From positions 2,048,001-2,112,000 of the forward strand of contig CAXXKT010000001.1 in the NCBI GenBank assembly GCA_963662405.2: 64,000 nt of DNA. The letters run 5' to 3'. Of this stretch, positions 61,569 to 64,000 are shown piece after piece; position 1 is the first letter of the stretch; each line of letters opens with the position of its first letter. The notes beneath the pieces were generated by a model that was not told the DNA's origin, searched no databases, and worked only from the letters and a program-made list of their open reading frames with translations. The stretch is from Syntrophales bacterium (GTDB lineage Bacteria; Desulfobacterota; Syntrophia; Syntrophales; UBA2210). The translations under genes and the position numbers were made by a program.

Positions 61569-63053
61569 TTAGTGCGGTTTTTCCCATGGCGGGAAAAAGG
61601 CGGGGCGCAGGGGGTCCCACCTCCCCACCAGCCGGTCGAAGGATCGATCGGGGAAGGTCTCCTTGAATATACGATAGTAGTACAGCTCCTCAACGGAGGC
61701 GAGGAGGGGATTGCCGGGCTGGCGGTTGAACGCCGCAAGGTCGGCCTCGGAGAAACGCCCTTCCGCCTCCCGGCGCATCACGTAGGCGACCCCGGAACCC
61801 TGAGAAAAGAAACGCTTTGTCTGGTAGATGATGTGTTCCGGCAGATCGCCTTCAAAGGCCTGCCGCAGGACCCATTTCCCGACCTGACCCTCGCCGTGGA
61901 TCTTGTGTTCGAGGGGGATCTTGAGGGAGAAGTTCATGACCTCGGTGTCGAGGAAGGGCGTGCGGCTCTCGTATCCGTTGGCCGCGTTGAGCCGGTCGAG
62001 GCGCTGGAGGGCCGTATTGTGGGCCACCCTGATGACGAAATCGATGATACCGGCGATCTCCTCCCGGTTGTCTCCCTGCTTATACTGGCCGTCATACCCG
62101 GCAAAGAACTCATCGGCCCCCTCGCCGGTGAGGACGCACATGGCCTTTTCTTTGATGAACTGCCCCGCGATAAAGTTCGCGATGGCCCCGTGGACGCAAC
62201 TCTCCTCGTACATCTCCTGGTGATGGATTGCCGTTGGAAGGATCTGCGCGATCTCTTCCTCGCCGAACATGCGAACATGGTGCTTGAGCCCCAGGGCCTC
62301 GGTTACGTCCCGGGCGAGGGGGAGGTCTTCCCCCCCCTCCATGCTCACGGTGAAACATTCGATGCCCGGTCGTATCCGCGTGGCCATGGAGGCGATCAGA
62401 CTGCTGTCGAGCCCTCCGCTGAGGAGGACCCCCGTCACGGCCCCGTCCCTCATTCGCTTGTCCGTGGCCTTCTCAAGCAGTCCCCGAACAACCTCCTTGG
62501 CCCGTTCGTAGTTTTCAAAGTCCGGTGTCTCGATGGCGCAGGCATATTTCTGGAAACCTGTCTCTCGTGAGTACACATACCCGGGGGGAAATTCGCGCGC
62601 ATCGCCGGCAATGCCGACCAGGGCCTTCGCCTCTGAGGCGAAACAGAGATTTCCCTCCGTGTCATGACCGTAGTAGAGCGGTTTGATCCCGGACTCATCG
62701 CGGGCGAGGAGCAGCGACCCGTCGCAGGAGAGGGCGCAGGCGAAGTCTCCGTCTATCTGTTCCGTGAAGCGTGAACCGTGGCGATCATACAGTTCCAACG
62801 CGGCCTGTGCGTCGGTTTGTGCCGCCAGTCCATCATTGTAGATGCGTCCGTCCATGACCACCGACCGTTTCCCGTCCCTGGCGTAGTGGGAGCCGTCCGG
62901 GCATCCGCCACCGATATTCAGTTCGTTACACCCCAGATGGATCGGGCCGTCATCAAACCGTACCGTTTCATGAGGCCCCCGGTGTCTGATCCGTTCGAGC
63001 ATCAGATCAAGATTCCCGTGTTCATTTCCCAGAACGCCCGCGATGCCAGCCAT
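61569..63053 (-). CDS. Asparagine synthase-like protein lacking the N-terminal catalytic Cys
   Basis: MAGIAG, HRGP, ARDESGIKPLYY, SGGLDSS, TGEGADE. Confidence 0.85.
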   Translation of the reverse strand: MAGIAGVLGNEHGNLDLMLERIRHRGPHETVRFDDGPIHLGCNELNIGGGCPDGSHYARDGKRSVVMDGRIYNDGLAAQTDAQAALELYDRHGSRFTEQIDGDFACALSCDGSLLLARDESGIKPLYYGHDTEGNLCFASEAKALVGIAGDAREFPPGYVYSRETGFQKYACAIETPDFENYERAKEVVRGLLEKATDKRMRDGAVTGVLLSGGLDSSLIASMATRIRPGIECFTVSMEGGEDLPLARDVTEALGLKHHVRMFGEEEIAQILPTAIHHQEMYEESCVHGAIANFIAGQFIKEKAMCVLTGEGADEFFAGYDGQYKQGDNREEIAGIIDFVIRVAHNTALQRLDRLNAANGYESRTPFLDTEVMNFSLKIPLEHKIHGEGQVGKWVLRQAFEGDLPEHIIYQTKRFFSQGSGVAYVMRREAEGRFSEADLAAFNRQPGNPLLASVEELYYYRIFKETFPDRSFDRLVGRWDPLRPAFFPPWEKPH

Positions 63054-63074
63054 TTTCCTTCCCTTTCCTTTTGT

Positions 63075-63755
63075 TTATGCCCGTGCCATCGAATCGAGTA
63101 TCCTCACTGCCTCGAATCCGTCCACACAGTACACATCCGCGCCGATCTCATCGGCGTATTCCTTTGAGACGGCGGCTCCTCCGACAAAAATCTTCACTTT
63201 CTCTCTCAGGCCCGCCGCGGTAATCGCCTGGATGACCTCGTCCATGACGAGCATGGTCGTTGTCAGGAGGGCCGACAGACCGAGGTAGGAGGTGTTGTTT
63301 TCCCTCACATAGTCGACGATTCGCTCCGTGGGGACATCGATCCCCAGATCGACCACCTCGAACCCCGCACCCTTGACGAGGATGGATACGATATTTTTCC
63401 CGATATCATGGATGTCACCCTTGACCGTGGCGATGGCGAAGGTCCCTTTGGCCTCGACGTTTGCCTGTTCGAGGTGTGGTCTCAGGATGTCCATAGCCGC
63501 GCTCACCGCCTCCGCCGAGGCGAGCATGTCGGGGACATAGTACTCCTTCGCGTCGAATTTCTTCCTTACCACCTCCATCCCCGCCGTCAGGCCATGGGTG
63601 ATGATGTCCTGCACGGGGATGGACCGATCGAGGGCGGCCTGTGTCAGTTCAAGGACGGCGGGACCGGTGAGGGAATCGTCGATCCCCTCGTCCTCTTCCG
63701 TCATCCTCCCCTGGATGACATTCTCTTTCAGCAGCGCTATCACATCTTCACTCAT
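63075..63755 (-). CDS. Corrinoid (B12-binding) protein of a methyltransferase system
   Basis: Cap domain plus DIHDIGKN (DxHxxG), SALLTTT, VGGA. Confidence 0.92.
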   Translation of the reverse strand: MSEDVIALLKENVIQGRMTEEDEGIDDSLTGPAVLELTQAALDRSIPVQDIITHGLTAGMEVVRKKFDAKEYYVPDMLASAEAVSAAMDILRPHLEQANVEAKGTFAIATVKGDIHDIGKNIVSILVKGAGFEVVDLGIDVPTERIVDYVRENNTSYLGLSALLTTTMLVMDEVIQAITAAGLREKVKIFVGGAAVSKEYADEIGADVYCVDGFEAVRILDSMARA

Positions 63756-64000
63756 GGGTCTCCTCCCTTGTGGTATAACGGTTCAGCCGCGGCAGCATGC
63801 CGGGGATCTCCCTGAATACCTGCGCTGTTGTTTCTTCGTCGATATGTCGCGCGGGCCGTGCCAGCAGTTTGTTCATACGGTCGAAGGCCCGGGCGAAGAC
63901 CTCATCGGTGTCCCCTTCTCCTTCGAAGGGGTACGGGGGAGAGAGGAGGCCGCTCCGCAGGACCTTGCGGATGTGGCGAATGTACAGTTTCTGGGTGGTG
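63748..64000 (-). CDS. C-terminus of an upstream gene, possibly a corrinoid-dependent methyltransferase (MttB-like)
   Basis: Open frame TTQKLYIRHIRK...REETHE* overlapping the corrinoid gene start; function inferred from context only. Confidence 0.45.
   Translation of the reverse strand, partial: TTQKLYIRHIRKVLRSGLLSPPYPFEGEGDTDEVFARAFDRMNKLLARPARHIDEETTAQVFREIPGMLPRLNRYTTREETHE

Overview
Bacterial chromosomal window, probably from an anaerobic Desulfobacterota/Syntrophales-like organism (inferred from gene content and style only). From left to right: (1) 1-2.2 kb, nested mobile elements: an IS1595 with a P63C-like passenger gene sits in a group II intron remnant, which sits in an IS4 remnant. 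(2) 2.4-23 kb, a visibly lower-GC catabolic island with a PAS-LuxR regulator and two paralogous operons (paired family-III CoA-transferases plus TRAP transporter) sharing an upstream motif; it is interrupted by IS256, a miniature IS200/IS605-like element and an intact group IIC intron. (3) 23-31.7 kb, TetR-FadN-FadA beta-oxidation genes, a non-acylating ALDH/Fe-ADH fusion and a nitrilase-family hydrolase. (4) 31.7-41 kb, an accessory hotspot: a RAYT/Y1 HUH transposase with terminal inverted repeats and two MITE derivatives, three attC-like sites with no integrase in the window, IS3, an IS110, and HEPN-like cassette genes. The IS110 bridge-RNA guides can be read from the sequence and match a Shine-Dalgarno/start-codon target. 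(5) 41-48.6 kb, trpL attenuator and trpEGDCFBA-tyrA. (6) Housekeeping and miscellaneous genes, including a sigma54-type orphan motAB pair, MerR plus J-domain genes, menA-like plus radical SAM genes, and a corrinoid protein next to a Cys-less asparagine synthase homolog.
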